The notes below the pieces were generated by a model, which made no database searches, was not told the origin of the DNA, and saw only the letters and a program-made list of their open reading frames with translations. A stretch of 64,000 nucleotides of DNA from Octopus bimaculoides (lineage: Eukaryota): the NCBI RefSeq assembly GCF_001194135.2, contig NC_068985.1:18671166-18735165 (forward strand), in the 5' to 3' direction. Positions 1 to 12,662 of this stretch are shown piece by piece (position 1 is the first letter of the stretch; the number at the start of each line of letters is the position of its first letter). A program made the translations under genes and the position numbers.

Positions 1-286
1 AGATCGTGCCAGTGCCCCTGGACTGGCTCTTGTGCAGGTGGCACATAAAATACACCATTTTGAGCGTGGCCATTGCCAGTATCACCTGATTGGCCTTCGT
101 GCGGGTGACACGTAAAAGCACCTACTACACTCTCGGAGTGGTTGACGTTAGGAAGGGCATCCAGCTGTAGAAACTCTGCCAAATCAGATTGGAGCCTGGT
201 GTAGCCATCTGGTTTCACCAGTCCTCTGTCAAATCGTTCAACCCATGCTAGCATGGAAAGCGGACGTTAAATGATGATGATGATGT
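1..286 (+). mobile_element. RTE LINE 3' UTR/tail
   Basis: GTGGCAC..AAAAGCACC modules, GTTAGGAAGGGCATCCAGCTG core and (GAT)n tail, the same as the tails attached to RT-coding copies at 16271, 28765 and 58337. Confidence 0.85.
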
Positions 287-1285
287 GCTTCAATGTTAAT
301 TTTTGACATCATCTAAGAGTTAAATTAAAAGAAAAAGGTCCAAAACAACCTGAAATAAATGTTCATTTATGAAAAATCATCAAATTTAACCTAAACACCC
401 TGTATATCAGGATGGGAAATAGGGAATGGAGCAAGGTGTAGGGAAGTTATGGAGAAGATAGACTCATTTATAACCATCACATGATGTCTAGACAAGAGTA
501 AACACAAACACATGCATATTTATATACATACATGATATATGCATGCATGTATGACAGGCTTGTTTCAGTTTCCATTTACTTAAATCTATTCACAAGATTT
601 CGGTCAACCCAGGGTTATAGTGGAAGACACTTGCCCAAGGTACCATGAAGTGGGACTGAACCCAAGTCAATCATGTTGGTAACAAAAACTATGAATAACA
701 TGTTTTATTTTCAAGACACTCAAGTATTAAATATAGGTTTTCCAAAGCCACAAGCCATATTTTTTTTTTAAATCCATGTTTCACTTAGATACTCTTTAAT
801 GTATGCATTGTTTGCGAACTACTATCATCATCAGCACCACCATCATCGTCGTCGTCATTGTCGTCGTCCAATGCTCACATGGGGCAGGTGAAATTTCATC
901 GTCGTCATCATCGTTTAACATTCGTTTTCAATGCTGGCATGAGTTGAACGGTTTGACTGAGGTCTGGAAAGCCAGCGGCTGCACCAGGCTCCAATCTGTT
1001 CTGGCAATGTTTCTACAGCTGGATGCCCTTCCTAATGCCAACCACTCCAAGAGTGTAGTGGGTGCTTTTTACATGCCACTGGCACAAGAGCTTTTTACGT
1101 GCTAGATGACCTTCCTATTGCTAACCTTCACCTGTTTCCAAGCAAGGTAGTAATATTTCCTCAAGTGTTTCCATGGACAATTGCATATGAATGACACCAC
1201 TTTGTATGGTAGTGACACTGATTTACTGCTGTCATCTGATGTCAAGACAAGGAGGCACAAGCACACACACACACACAAATATATA

Positions 1286-1448
1286 CAGGTGGGCCAAAAG
1301 TCACGCACCAAAACATTTGACATTTTATATATACTATGTCATTATTATTATTTTATTTATTTTATTCGATTTTAGTAAAATTGAAGCATGTCTTTGACAA
1401 TTCTGAATGTGTTGAACTTATTTTGTGCATGACTTTTGGGCCACCCTG
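1286..1448. mobile_element. Tc1/mariner MITE
   Basis: Imperfect TIRs of about 25 bp (CAGG-TGGGCCAAAAGTCACGCAC versus CAGGGTGGCCCAAAAGTCATGCAC), with TA at both ends. Confidence 0.8.
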
Positions 1449-1930
1449 TAATTTCTACAACAGACTTATTCACCTAAATCCTTTCACAAGGCTTTTGGTT
1501 AGTCCAAGGCTGTAGTAGAAGACACTTTCCTAAGGTGCCACACAGTGGGACCAAACCCCAAACCTTATGGTTGGGAAACAAACTTCTCAACCACACAACT
1601 GTACCTTAATACGTAAGAAAAATAACTTCTACTGTAAACTGACTTCAGGGAAGATTTGTGACATGGTTGCATTATTAATGCATCATCATCATCTAACATT
1701 TGGCTTCTATGCTGGCATGAGTTGGACAATTAGAGAGGATTTGGTTACCCTGAGGGCTGTGTTGGTCTCCAGTGTCTACTTTGACAAGATTTCTACAGCT
1801 GGATACACTTCCTAATGCCAGTTACTTTACTGAGAGCACTGGGGGCTTTTTTTCATAGCATTACATCATATTTTATTGCTCTGTTTGTTTTGCTGTATTT
1901 TATAACAAATATATTAAAATATTTTCCTAG

Positions 1931-2125
1931 AGAACCTGACCAGCCTACTGCTGCTGATGTGGTAAACACTTTGGATGAAAAAGGTTTGCAGGAACTTATC
2001 AAGAAATATGGAGAGGAGAAGAAAGCTGGTGATATAGCTCATGCTATTGTACAGTTTCGGGCTGCATTTGGGAAAATTGTAACTACACATCAGTTGGCAA
2101 CTATTGTAGCAAGTGTATTTGACAG
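1931..2125 (+). CDS. METTL15: METTL15 (RsmH-family mitochondrial 12S rRNA m4C methyltransferase), penultimate coding exon
   Basis: cctag acceptor (1929-1930) and AG|gtaaat donor (2126). Encodes EPDQPTAADVVNTLDEKGLQELIKKYGEEKKAGDIAHAIVQFRAAFGKIVTTHQLATIVASVFD, matching the METTL15 PTAADVVN..YGEE..T.QLA.IV block. Phase 2/2. Confidence 0.93.
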
Positions 2126-2168
2126 GTAAATGTGTCTAAATCATTTGTCATTATATTTAATTCTTTTA

Positions 2169-2832
2169 AGACGGTGAGCTGGCAGAATCGTTAGCATGCC
2201 AGGCGAAATGCTTAGCGGTATTTCGTCTGCCACTGCGTTCTGAGTTCAAATTCCACCGAGGTCGACTTTGCCTTTCATCCTTTCGGGGTCGATAAATTAA
2301 GTACCAGTTATGCACTGGGGTCGATATAATCGACTTAATCCGTTTGTCTGTCCTTGTTTGTCCCCTCTGTGTGTAGCCCCTTGTGGGCAGTAAAGAAATA
2401 GGTATTTCGTCTGTCTTCATGTTCTGAGTTCAAATGCTGTCAGGGTCAAATGCCGTCAGGGTCAAATGCCGTCAGGGTCAACTTTATCTTTCATCCTTTC
2501 AGGGTCGATAAATTAAGTACCAGTTGCGTACTGGGGTCAGTCTAATTGACTGGCCCCCCCTCTCCCCCAAATTTCAGGCATTGTGCCTATAGTAAAAAGG
2601 ATTATATTTAATCCTTTTAAGGTGGGAAGTTGGCAGAATCGTCAGCACACCAGGCAAAATGCTTAGCGGTACTTCGTCTGTCATCACATTCTGAGTTCGA
2701 CCCACTGGGGTCAACTTTGCCATTCATCCTTTTGGGGGTCGATAAATTGAGTACCAGTTACACACTGGGGTTGATGTAACTGACTGGGGTCCTCCCCACA
2801 AAAATATCAGGCCTTGTGCCTATAGTGGAGGA
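2169..2832 (+). mobile_element. Cluster of tRNA-derived SINEs (family A): a dimeric copy plus a second copy
   Basis: A-box GAGCTGGCAGAATCG, B-box GAGTTCAAATTC and the body ACTTTGCCTTTCATCCTTTCGGGGTCGATAAATTAAGTACCAG occur three times. Confidence 0.88.
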
Positions 2833-3045
2833 TTATATTTAATCCTTTTGGTAGCAACCAGACAGCTTCGGATTCTATGATATAAAACTGGCTGTTATAA
2901 GAAGTTTGTAATTTAAATGAAGACATTCCACGATAAGTATTTAAGTCTCTTTATAAAGTTATATTCTAAAAATCAGCTTTAAATTGCAGTTAAATTAGTT
3001 ATGCTACTAAATCTCTTCAAATTTTTTTCTTAATATTTTTTTTTA

Positions 3046-3290
3046 AGACACCATTTCGAGTGTGGCCGTTGCCAGTACCGCCTGACTGGCCTTCGTGCGG
3101 GTGACACGTAAAAGCACCCACTACACTCTCTGAGTGGTTGGCGTTAGGAAGGGCATCCAGCTGTAGAAACTCTGCCAAATTAGATTGGAGCCTGGTGTTG
3201 CCATCTGGTTTCACCAGTCCTCAGTCAAATCGTCCAACCCATGCTAGCATGGAAAGCGGACGTTAAACGATGATGATGATGATGATGATG
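3046..3290 (+). mobile_element. RTE LINE 3' tail, young
   Basis: Near-identical to the 16500-16735 tail; ends in (GAT)n. Confidence 0.88.
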
Positions 3291-4263
3291 AATAAGGGAA
3301 TCGTACTACTGTTATTTAGCCCTAGGAAGTGGTCCAGCTTCCTAGGGCTAAATAGCAGTAGTATGATTCCCTTATTGGGTTGTCATGTTAAGTTGACAGT
3401 ATACAACTACTTTTTTTTGTTTTTGATTTTTGTAAATTGTAAAAATTGTGCAGACATGGCTGTGATTGAGAAGCTCACTTTGCAACCATGTATAGCAACT
3501 TGAGTGAGTGTCTTTTTCTATAGCCCTAGGTTGACCAATGCCTTATGAGTAAATTTGACGATGGAAACTGTGTAGAAGCCTATTATCTATATGTGTGTGT
3601 GTTTCTTTGTATTTGTTCCCCACCACTCTTACAACTAGTATTTGTTTGTTTATGGGCCCTGTAACGTAACAGTCCAGCATAAGAGACTGATACTATAAAT
3701 GCCAAATTTATAAATAAGTACCCTTGAAGGTAATGCTCCAGCATGGCCACACTCAGATATAAAAGATTAATTGAAAATCATAGGCAGTGGTGTATCATCA
3801 GAAATATCGTGATGAAAGGCTTAACATTTGCTTCTTTGTCTTGCCATTGTTGATTGTGAAGGCAATGTTGGGTTTGTGGTTAGGGTATTCAGCTCACATT
3901 CGTTAGGTCACGGGTTCAATTCCTGGCAGCGCATTGAGTCCGTGAACAAGACACTTTATTTTCACATTGCTCCAGTCCACTCATCTAGCAAAAATGAGTA
4001 GTACCTGTAATTCAAAGGGCCAGCCTTGTCACTTTTTGTGTCACACTGAATCTCCCTGAGAACATCGTTAAGGGCACACATGTCTGTGGAGTGCTCAACC
4101 ACATGTATGTTAATTTCACGAGCAGGCTGTTCCATTGGTTGGATCTACTGGGACACTCGTCATCATAACCAACAGAGTACCAGTTAACTTAGCAGTTCGG
4201 CAAAAGAGGCTGATAAAACAAGTACCAGATTTCAAAAGAAGTACTAAACTTTTATATCCTTCT

Positions 4264-4747
4264 ATCATCATCGTTTAACGTCCGCTTTCCATGCTAGCAT
4301 GAGTTGGACGATTTGACTGAGGACTGGTAGAACCCGAAGGCTACACCAGGCTCCAATCTGATTTGACAGTTTCTACAGCTGGATGCCCTTCCTAACGCCA
4401 ACCACTCCGAGAGTGTAGTAGGTGCTTTTACTTGTCACCCGCACGAAGGCCAGTCAGGGGGTTCTGGCAACGGCCACGCTCAAAATGGTGTATTTTATGT
4501 GCCACCCGCACAAGAGCCAGTCCAGGGGCACTGACAACGATCTCGCTCGAAAGTCCTTACACTTGCTGTGGGCACAAGTGCCAGAAAGGCGACGCTGGNN
4601 NNNNNNNNCCTTACACTTGCTGTGGGCACAAGTGCCAGAAAGGCGACGCTGGGCACAGGTGCCATCCCGATTTCGCTTTCGCTTGCCCCAATAAGTCTTC
4701 GCAAGCTGAGTTTTGTGTCCAATGAAGGAGACGACATTGGCATGGGT
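4264..4747 (-). mobile_element. RTE-type 3' end with a different upstream body
   Basis: Standard tail at 4264-4560. The upstream segment (4650-4747) differs from the RT C-terminus seen in the other copies. Confidence 0.75.
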
Positions 4748-6649
4748 TGGATATACAGATTTCACAAATCAGGGATAGACACAACTGTCTTCACACAACG
4801 TACTTCAAATACTCCAATAAATACAAACTCTCAACAATCTCAACAACTTCCACGAACTCTCAAAGACTCTTATGACTCCTCCAGTTTCAACCAATATGCG
4901 ACTCTTTTGTCCATCTTTCCAATCCCACGGGGTTGTCAATAACTCTCGCCACATCATAAACCATTCAAGGTGGTGCTCCAGCATTGCCATAGTTAACTGT
5001 TCTGTCCAACTACAGCAATCAACAACTGTAACAAAGTATGTTTTACTACAATAAAGGGCCGACTGGCTCTTCTAATGTCAGTACACTGTAATTAATTATC
5101 ATTGCACAATCTTAATTAAATCAACAGACAGTTCCAATTACAAGTGGGGAGCGTTTGTTAAGATATTAATTACTTAATGAGATCCGTTTTACTTTCTATA
5201 AAGAATTAATTTATGTGAGGAATGTGATATTTAGACTGAATAATCCTTTGGGCTTTGTTGGTGCTAACCACTAACAAAGTTGATGGATTTTTTTGTTTGA
5301 GGGAAAACATTGTAAGGTAGTGTGTGGCCAGTGCTAGATTAACCATTAAGCAAAATAAGCCTGTGCTTAGGGTTTCAAGGGAAACAGGGGCACCACAGAA
5401 ATGGTAAATAGTTTGACACAAAAGAAATCACTTCAAACTTGCAAAAATAATATTCATGTTGCTTTATCTCTACTAAATACAGAAGCAGATATGCTACGTA
5501 AGATTAATTTTGAGGGTCTGACTAGACTTTACAATTAAAAAAAAGGTGGAGAAAGCTTTTCAAATATAAATAAAAGTGGAAGTATACAAAAATAGACATT
5601 ATTTTTTGTCTTACTATTAGTTTTGCTTACTTTTGAAAAATAAAAATTTATCTTATGGTTTATCATTGTTTATATTTTAAATTACATATATATGGGGGAC
5701 ACCAAAATTTTTTTAGTACTTAAAGCCTTTCTGGGTCTTAATCTGGCACTGTGTGTGTGGAAGAAATATATAAAGAAAAATGATGTTCTTAACCACTACA
5801 ATTCTAAAAATACTGAACTGCGTGAAATGTTCGTAATGCATTTTAGTTGTCGATAAACAAAGTGTAATAAATGATCAGAGACAGAACTGAATGCAACCAA
5901 TATTGTGCAACAAACCAGTTTTGAAGAAAAGTGTCTGTTATTGTTGTTCTTCTTGTGATTGTTGTTCTTCTTGTAGTTGTTGTTCTTCTAGTTCTTGTTG
6001 TGGTGGTGGTACATAGTAAAGAGAACTGACAAAGCGCAAAATCTTATTAAAGATTTTTAGTATGCAAAAGTGTATTATTGATCAAGTAAGTTTTCTGAAT
6101 GTTGTCCAGCATGTTAGTGATAAAAATATGTACAACCATGCCAAGTACGAGAAAACCACTCCATATTATGAGGAAAATGATTGAGAGTCAATAGTTACTC
6201 ATCACTCGAATATTCTTTGGTTCTGAAGAGAAAAATCATTTCTTAGTGAAGTGGGTGAAGGTGTTGTTTTATTACTTTGAAATAAGTCAGTAATGTCTTT
6301 CTTTGACGGATCAGACTGCTCTGTTTCTCTGACTTATTGATTTTATTCCTGAATGCCTACACTCTTAAATATTGCCTTCATCAATACATAGGACACATTT
6401 CTTTGTAAAGAAAAAAAAAACATAAAATCTCCAGAGGGACAGAGTGAGATTTGCAGGTGAATTGCAAGGAAACATTTGGCAGTGAAGGAGGAAATGTGAG
6501 AGAGAAAGAAAGAAACAAAGAAATCTAAAAAAGACTGGTTCATGTGTTAGGTGAGAATGACATTTTGAAATAGAGGTTAGATTGCATCAAGCACTTACAG
6601 ATAAGAATAGCTGAAAGCAGTATAAGTATGTGAAGCAACATAGCATATT

Positions 6650-7283
6650 TAACCCTTTTAATATCAATCTGCTTGAGACCACCCTTGGTTCTGTGCTACA
6701 AAGCAGTACAAATATCAGCCTAAAAATAACAAATTCTGCATTTTTTCAAAAATTAAATGTAAGAAAGGTAGTGTATTTCAACAGAAGTCATCATCATCAT
6801 CATTTAACATCTGTTTTTCATGCTGGCATGGGTTGGATGATTTAACAGAAGTTGGCCAGTTGAAGAGCTGCCCAGATTCCAGTTGTCTGTTTTGGCATGG
6901 TTTCTATGGCTGGATGTCCTTACCAATGCCTACCACTTTACAGAGTGTACTGGGTGTTTGTATGCAGCACTGGCAAACGCACTTGTATTTGGCACCGGCA
7001 CAAACGCTTTTATGTGACAGAGGCACATGTACTTTTACATGGCACTGGTATGAGCACTTTTATGTGGCACCAACACCCACAGCACGGGCGCATATATGTA
7101 GCACCAGCAACCACGGCATGAGGATCTCTCAGCTGAGAGCTTTGTCTAGAGACATGCCTGGATGCATGGACAGTCACAATTTTACTTAGCTTGACATGTC
7201 TTCTCAAGCACAGAAAACCATCAGAAGTCTTGGTCCCTTGTCATCTCCTCTGTGAGGCCCAATATGGTAACAAAGGGGTTAAA
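6650..7283. mobile_element. piggyBac-type MITE (interrupted)
   Basis: Ends TTAACCCTTTT (about 6650) and AAAGGGGTTAA (about 7272-7282): TTAA target plus CCC termini. Confidence 0.6.
6789..7260 (-). mobile_element. Older RTE 3' end inserted in a piggyBac-type MITE
   Basis: (CAT)n, the CTGGATG..CCTT core and GCAC modules, then GAGACCT/GGGCCTCAC remnants. It splits the host MITE between caacagaag and aatatggtaac. Confidence 0.75.
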
Positions 7284-7552
7284 AATGTTTAGTCACAGCA
7301 AATAATTTGGTTAGACAGTAGACAGAGAAACAAAGAACTCTAATGTCAGACAAAGAAAATTTTTTTAAATGTGGATGAAAGTGGTTAAAGCATATGTTTT
7401 TGAAGTCAAGAGAGTGAGGTTGTTGGCAACAAGCAAGTAACAATTGCTTCTTTGAAAAAACAAACTTGATTTTTATCTTTTACTTGTTTCAATTATTGGA
7501 TTGCATCCATACTGGGATATCACTTTGAAGGGTTTAGAACAAACAGACTCCT

Positions 7553-8040
7553 CAGTACAATAACACCTTGATATACAAATTAATTTGTTCCTGGAGACCA
7601 CTCATAAAGTAAAAACTTGTAAAGCAGTGCAATAATTTCCCATAGTAGCAATGTTATAAATCATAATTCATTCCCAGAAAAATATTTTATCTATAAAATT
7701 TATAATACTTGTAAATAAACAGAGATAAAACAATAGAATGTAAAGTAAAAAGAATGTCGAGATTATCTATAATAAAAAATATTATCATAATCGTTTTCTG
7801 AATCACTTTCACTGGACTCGTGCACACCACTTGTAGATGTGATCACCAATTCACAAGCACTCGTAGACAGACTTGTAGATTTCTTTTTTAAAAACCAGTC
7901 TAGAGTTGTTTGCTTGGAAAGAGCTGTTTTTGCTCTCTACAGATTTCTTGGTAACACGCAGAAGCATTTGTTATAGTTGTAGAAACTTTTGCACTTCATT
8001 CAAAATTTGGATCTTGTGCTTGAAAAATAAAACCTGGGGT
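7553..8040 (-). mobile_element. Tigger/pogo transposase C-terminus and terminal region
   Basis: The minus strand reads FQAQDPNFE*SAKVSTTITNASACYQEICREQK..QTTLDWFLKK. A CAGT..ACCTTGA terminus lies at about 7553. Confidence 0.55.
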
Positions 8041-8466
8041 CTCATGAAGCAAATGCTCATTAAGTAAGGTGTTGGTACTTTATTCTATCAATTTCTTTTG
8101 CTGAACTGTTAAGTTACAGTGATGTAAACAAACCAACACTAGTTGTCAATATATGTATGTGTATGTATCATATGTATATATATATATATGACATGCTTCC
8201 ACATTGTTTCTGCCAGTAAAATTCACTCATAAAGCATTAGTCAGCCAGGGCTTATAGGAAAGACTTGCCCAAGGTGCTGTGCAGTGGGAGTGAACCCAAA
8301 ACTACGTGGTTGCAAAGCTATCCTCTTAACCACAAAGCCTTGCCTGCACCTATGCATTTTCTCAAAGTTGCTGACCATCTGACCATTTAGTTGATAGTGA
8401 TAGAATCAAGAGATATGGGACATAGAAAATATATAATTTCACTAAGGGTACATATTAAATTATTGC

Positions 8467-8850
8467 ATCATCATCATCATTATCATTTAACGTCCATTTT
8501 CCATGCTGGCATGGGTTGGACGGTTTGAAAACTGGTAAACCCAAGGAGCAGCACCAGGTTCTGATCTGATTTGGCAAGGTTTCTACAGCTGGATGCCCTT
8601 CCTAATGCCAAACCACTTCAAGAGTGTAGTGGGTGATTTTTATATGCCACCAGCACGGGTGCCATTGACCTGACAGACATCGGCCACAACTATGGTCTCA
8701 CTTGGCTTGACAGGTCTACACAAGCATGGTATCTTGCCAAAGGTCTCAGTCACCTGTCACTATCTCCATGAGGCCCAATGTTCAAACAGTGCTTTTTACA
8801 TGCTATCAGCATGGGTGCCAGTCAGATAGCACTGGCATGGTCCACGACTA
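8467..8850 (-). mobile_element. Older RTE 3' end
   Basis: (CAT)n tail, CTGGATGCCCTTCCTAATGCC core, GAGGCCCAA module. Lies about 60 nt upstream of the METTL15 terminal-exon acceptor. Confidence 0.75.
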
Positions 8851-8913
8851 TGATTTTAAATTAACATTATTAATTTTGCTTTATTTACTTTAAAATTTCC
8901 TTTCTTATTTCAG

Positions 8914-9331
8914 TCCAACGAAACGAGATAAACTCCAAAGACCAGCCCATGTTGCAACAAAAACATTTCAAGCGTTACGTATATTTGTGAACAATGAACT
9001 AAACCAGCTGTCAAATGGATTACTCGTCGCTCACAATTATCTAAAAGAAGGAGGCGTTTGTGCAGTTATTTCTTTCCATTCTCTTGAAGATCGTATTGTC
9101 AAAAGACATTTTCATGGAATTGATATTAATGCTGCTAAGAACATGTCTTTAAGCAGTCATCAGTTTCTAAGTCCTTCCAAAATATTCAATGAAACATCTG
9201 TGCAAAGTATTATATCAAAGAAATGGAACCCTATACAAAAGAAAGTTATTGTTCCTGATCTTACAGAAGTTGAACAGAATCCCCGAGCTCGATCTGCCAA
9301 GTTAAGAGCTGCTATTAAATGCAGCTCTTAA
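8914..9331 (+). CDS. METTL15: METTL15 terminal coding exon
   Basis: tttcttatttcag acceptor, phase 2, compatible with the previous exon. Encodes PTKRDKLQRPAHVATKTFQALRIFVNNELNQL..VISFHSLEDRIVKRHF..NPRARSAKLRAAIKCSS*, containing the RsmH/METTL15 motifs TFQALRIFVN, SFHSLEDRIVK and NPRARSAKLR. Confidence 0.95.
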
Positions 9332-9360
9332 ATTCATTATTCATTATTTATTTTCAAACT

Positions 9361-9580
9361 AAGGTGGTGAAATGGTAGAATCATTAGCATGTTGGACACA
9401 ATACCTGGTGGTGTTTCTTCTGGCTGTTTATGTTCTAAGTTCAAATCCTACAAAGGCCAACTTCACCTTTCATATTTTTGGGGTGTCAATGAAATAAGTA
9501 CCAGTCAAGTACTGGGGTCAATGTAATCAAGTAGCCCCACTTCCTAAAATTATTGGCCTTGTGCTAAAACTAGAAAGAAT
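9361..9580 (+). mobile_element. SINE family A in the METTL15 3' UTR region
   Basis: Diverged head and body, with a near-TSD ATTATTTATTTT(C/TT)AAACT at 9343-9360 and 9579-9597. Confidence 0.8.
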
Positions 9581-10244
9581 TATTTATTTTTTAAACTTGG
9601 TTCATATACAAGTGAAAAATGTAACCTTTTCACTGAATTTACAAAATTCTGTTGATAAAAGTTTTGGCAGCTATTTCAGCTGAAATTGCTTGAAAACACA
9701 CAATTGCTACAGCTTAACTGGAGAACAATGTAAAATCTAAATACACAATATATACCATACTCAGTGGTGTGTAATATGCATTTTTTCCCCAAAGAGTATC
9801 TCAAAATGTTATCCTGGGCCCTATATGCAAAGTTGGGTGTTCCATAAGCTTATTTTATTCCAGATTCTGAATATGCTGAAATTGAAGTATATGTAATATG
9901 TTAATGTGTCTTTTATGCCATCAAATATGGTATATGATCTATTAATATTTACTCTGAAGTAAATATTAATTAATATTAATCAACCAAATTTTCACTGTTT
10001 CTACCTCAAATCCAGACTGACTAGATTTTATTTCATCCCATATATGAACTCATCACTGATGCCTAATGATAAATCATTGAACTTGTTTTATTTTTTCTCT
10101 TGTAAATATTTTGCTTAGAAAGGATGTTTCATTAAAACACAATCAGCATCATTTTTCTTTAACCAAGAGCTAGTCACATTTCTGATTCACTTTGTATTGT
10201 TTGTGACAGCTTTGTTGCCACTTATTCATTTTGTTCTTTTACAG

Positions 10245-10544
10245 CAGTGGTTCCCAAAGTGGGCAGTATTACACCCCTGAGGGTGGTGGAAAGTTCCAAG
10301 GGGATGCTGAAGAAAAGTGGGGCAATAATGGGGTAGCAATTCATGTAAAAAGTGGGGCAATAACGGGGGAGCAATCCATGTAAAAACAACATAATGGGTT
10401 CATTAGGTTAAGTTTTATTTGTGAAATGCAGTTGCTTTGAATTTGCTTCAGAAAGAGGTCTATTTGTGATGGTTAACTGCGGTGGGGATACTAGGAATGT
10501 GGCATGGGTATCAGTAGGGGCTTGAAAAAGTTTGGGAACCACTG
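10245..10544. mobile_element. hAT MITE
   Basis: 14-bp TIR CAGTGGTTCCCAAA and a perfect 8-bp TSD TTTTACAG (10237-10244, 10545-10552). Confidence 0.92.
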
Positions 10545-11019
10545 TTTTACAGTATCACCCTTTTGATCATATATAACAATAATATGTTGGTGACCAAATC
10601 TCTTTGATCTAGCGGGTGACATACAAGCTAGATGAGGGCAGATGGCTTGAGAAAGCTGTGCAACTCATATACAATGGTGATAAAGCAGGCAGCTGGCACT
10701 AAGAAATTTGATGTACTGATGAACTCACCTTGATAACAAAAAATTTTTTCACTATTTTCAAAACTATCTGAAACAAAGTATTTCAAGAGAAAAATGGTTA
10801 CTATATTTTCTGGCATACAAGCTGGCATAATACATAGTGTAAACATCAAAACGTCATCACTATCTTTTCATTGCATTTCACATGAAATTTTTGGTCCTCC
10901 AAAGTTTTCCTGGTGAATTGCCATTTTTCAGTGTAAATTTCGGTCTGCAAAATTGAACTTGTGTGCCAGAAAATAGTATAAAATGCCCCCTTAAGAGAAC
11001 ACTACTATCTATCTATCTT

Positions 11020-12595
11020 TATAGACGAACGGTAGACGCATCGGCTCCGTAAGTTTTGCCTTTTTTATGCTTTCAAAAGTTTGTATTTAAATTGAATTTT
11101 GTATAGAAAGTTGTACAACAACTTATAGACTCTGTGGTGCAAGTTCATTGCAACGGAGATCTGCCCTGTGTGGCATATTTCCAGATTTTAAAAATTGATT
11201 TCAGCTTTTTAGCCATTTTTTGTTTTGGATGATGGCGTCTTCAAGCCATGAAGACGATCGTCAAAGGAATGCTGAATTTTGCAGCGTGTCGTTTGACATT
11301 GATTTCCATACACTTCCTTCCCCACATTTAAACGAGGGAATGAAGAAAAAGGAAAAAGACATCACACACACAGATGCGAGTGTTAACATGAAAGTTAACA
11401 CTGCCACCACCAACAAAAACAAAGCTGTAACCAAGGTTACAAAGCCATGCATAAACACCGTTACTAATGTCTCTGATGTAAACTCCATTTCTGCTGATGC
11501 CATCATCACCACCACCACTACCAACAACAACAACAGCAGCAGCAACAGTTCAACTCAACCTTTGCTCTCTTCACCAGCAGCAAGTGAAAGAGAGGAAGGA
11601 AAAATGAAAACAAGCCACAACACCACTGACACAGTCACAAATGCCACATCTGCCACCAATACCAGCGCCAGCACCAGCAACAATAATAACAACAATAACA
11701 AAAAAAACTTTGCTGAAGCTTTGAAGCAAAAAGAAACAGTTGTGTCTTATACGACACAACAAATAATAGATATGAGAAAGTTGATTACAAAAGAAAATAA
11801 TGAAGTACAATTAAACATCCCCGAACATACATTACAAGAGACAAACAAAAGAACCATCATTTACAAAGTAATTAATACTAAAAGTAGGAGGCCAGTACAG
11901 ACAAAAATCAGAAATGTTTGCACTCAATCTGGTCTGATAAAGTATACATCGCTTGGTGGCATAAATATGCCCATGTCCAAGTGATTTTTCGAAATGAAGA
12001 GTTAGCAAAGAAATTTTCAACGCTAACTCTTCAAACACAAGAAATAACTATGATACCTAGTTACCTTGGCCAAAGGGTAACAATAAAACATGCACCTCCA
12101 ACAATAGACACATTATGGTTGCTATCGGCCATATGTGTCGACATGGAGAACATTTAATATCCTCCAAATCACCGTTGGAGAAAACAACTGGACAGGAAAA
12201 ACAATACAAATCCTGTTCCACACAAACGAGGAGGAAATACAAAAAATTCCACCTTACATCCGTGTGTCACCCAATCAAAAACTATATGTAGTGGTAGAGG
12301 GCAGGCGGCCTCGCTGTTACTTATGTGACAGCAAGGCACACCTCAAAAAGTAGTGTCCGACTGCCCTAAAAACACGACAACAACAAGGGTACCTCTTAAA
12401 TGATATCAAGTCACATAACTTGGGAATCATAGCCATAAGTGAGACCAGACTCCATGAGCCGCGGGCCCTAAAGTCCATGTTTGGCGGACAATTTAACATT
12501 TATTTTTCTCCCTGTCTGCCGAGGATGGGCGGTAGTGGCACGGCGGTTCTTTTTCGCAAGAGTCTGGATCTCGAACTAAAGAACACTACAATATA
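11020..12595 (+). mobile_element. Tx1/L1-like non-LTR retrotransposon fragment: frameshifted ORF1 with CCHC knuckle joined to the start of an APE endonuclease
   Basis: ORFs 11220-11984, 11918-12157 and 12135-12353 read as one frameshifted ORF1 ending VVVEGRRPRCYLCDSKAHLKK*C (CX2CX4HX4C). The same frame continues KTRQQQGYLLNDIKSHNLGIIAISETRL..GGSGTAVLFRKSLDL (endonuclease-like). The 5' boundary is approximate. Confidence 0.8.
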
Positions 12596-12662
12596 GAGTA
12601 GTGTTTCTCAACCTTTTTGGAGGCTCATGCCCCTTTCCCTTCTAGACCTAACTTATTTCTGC

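Noticed and set aside
803-1105. ORF with a signal-peptide-like hydrophobic start
   Set aside because: It is a (CAT/CGT)n repeat plus an antisense RTE tail. The LQLDALPNANH peptide recurs in many tail copies.
2169-2260. tRNA gene (also other A/B-box heads)
   Set aside because: No cloverleaf; the heads continue into SINE bodies with tails and TSDs.
4555-4652. 44-nt direct repeat
   Set aside because: Identical copies sit on either side of a 10-N gap, so a contig-overlap artefact is likely.
6070-6330. Tc1 transposase remnant on minus (IIWSGF..)
   Set aside because: The similarity is too weak to call by eye.
8914-9331. Bacterial rsmH by contamination or horizontal transfer
   Set aside because: It is split by a canonical 6.8-kb GT-AG intron full of host repeats and has METTL15-type sequence.
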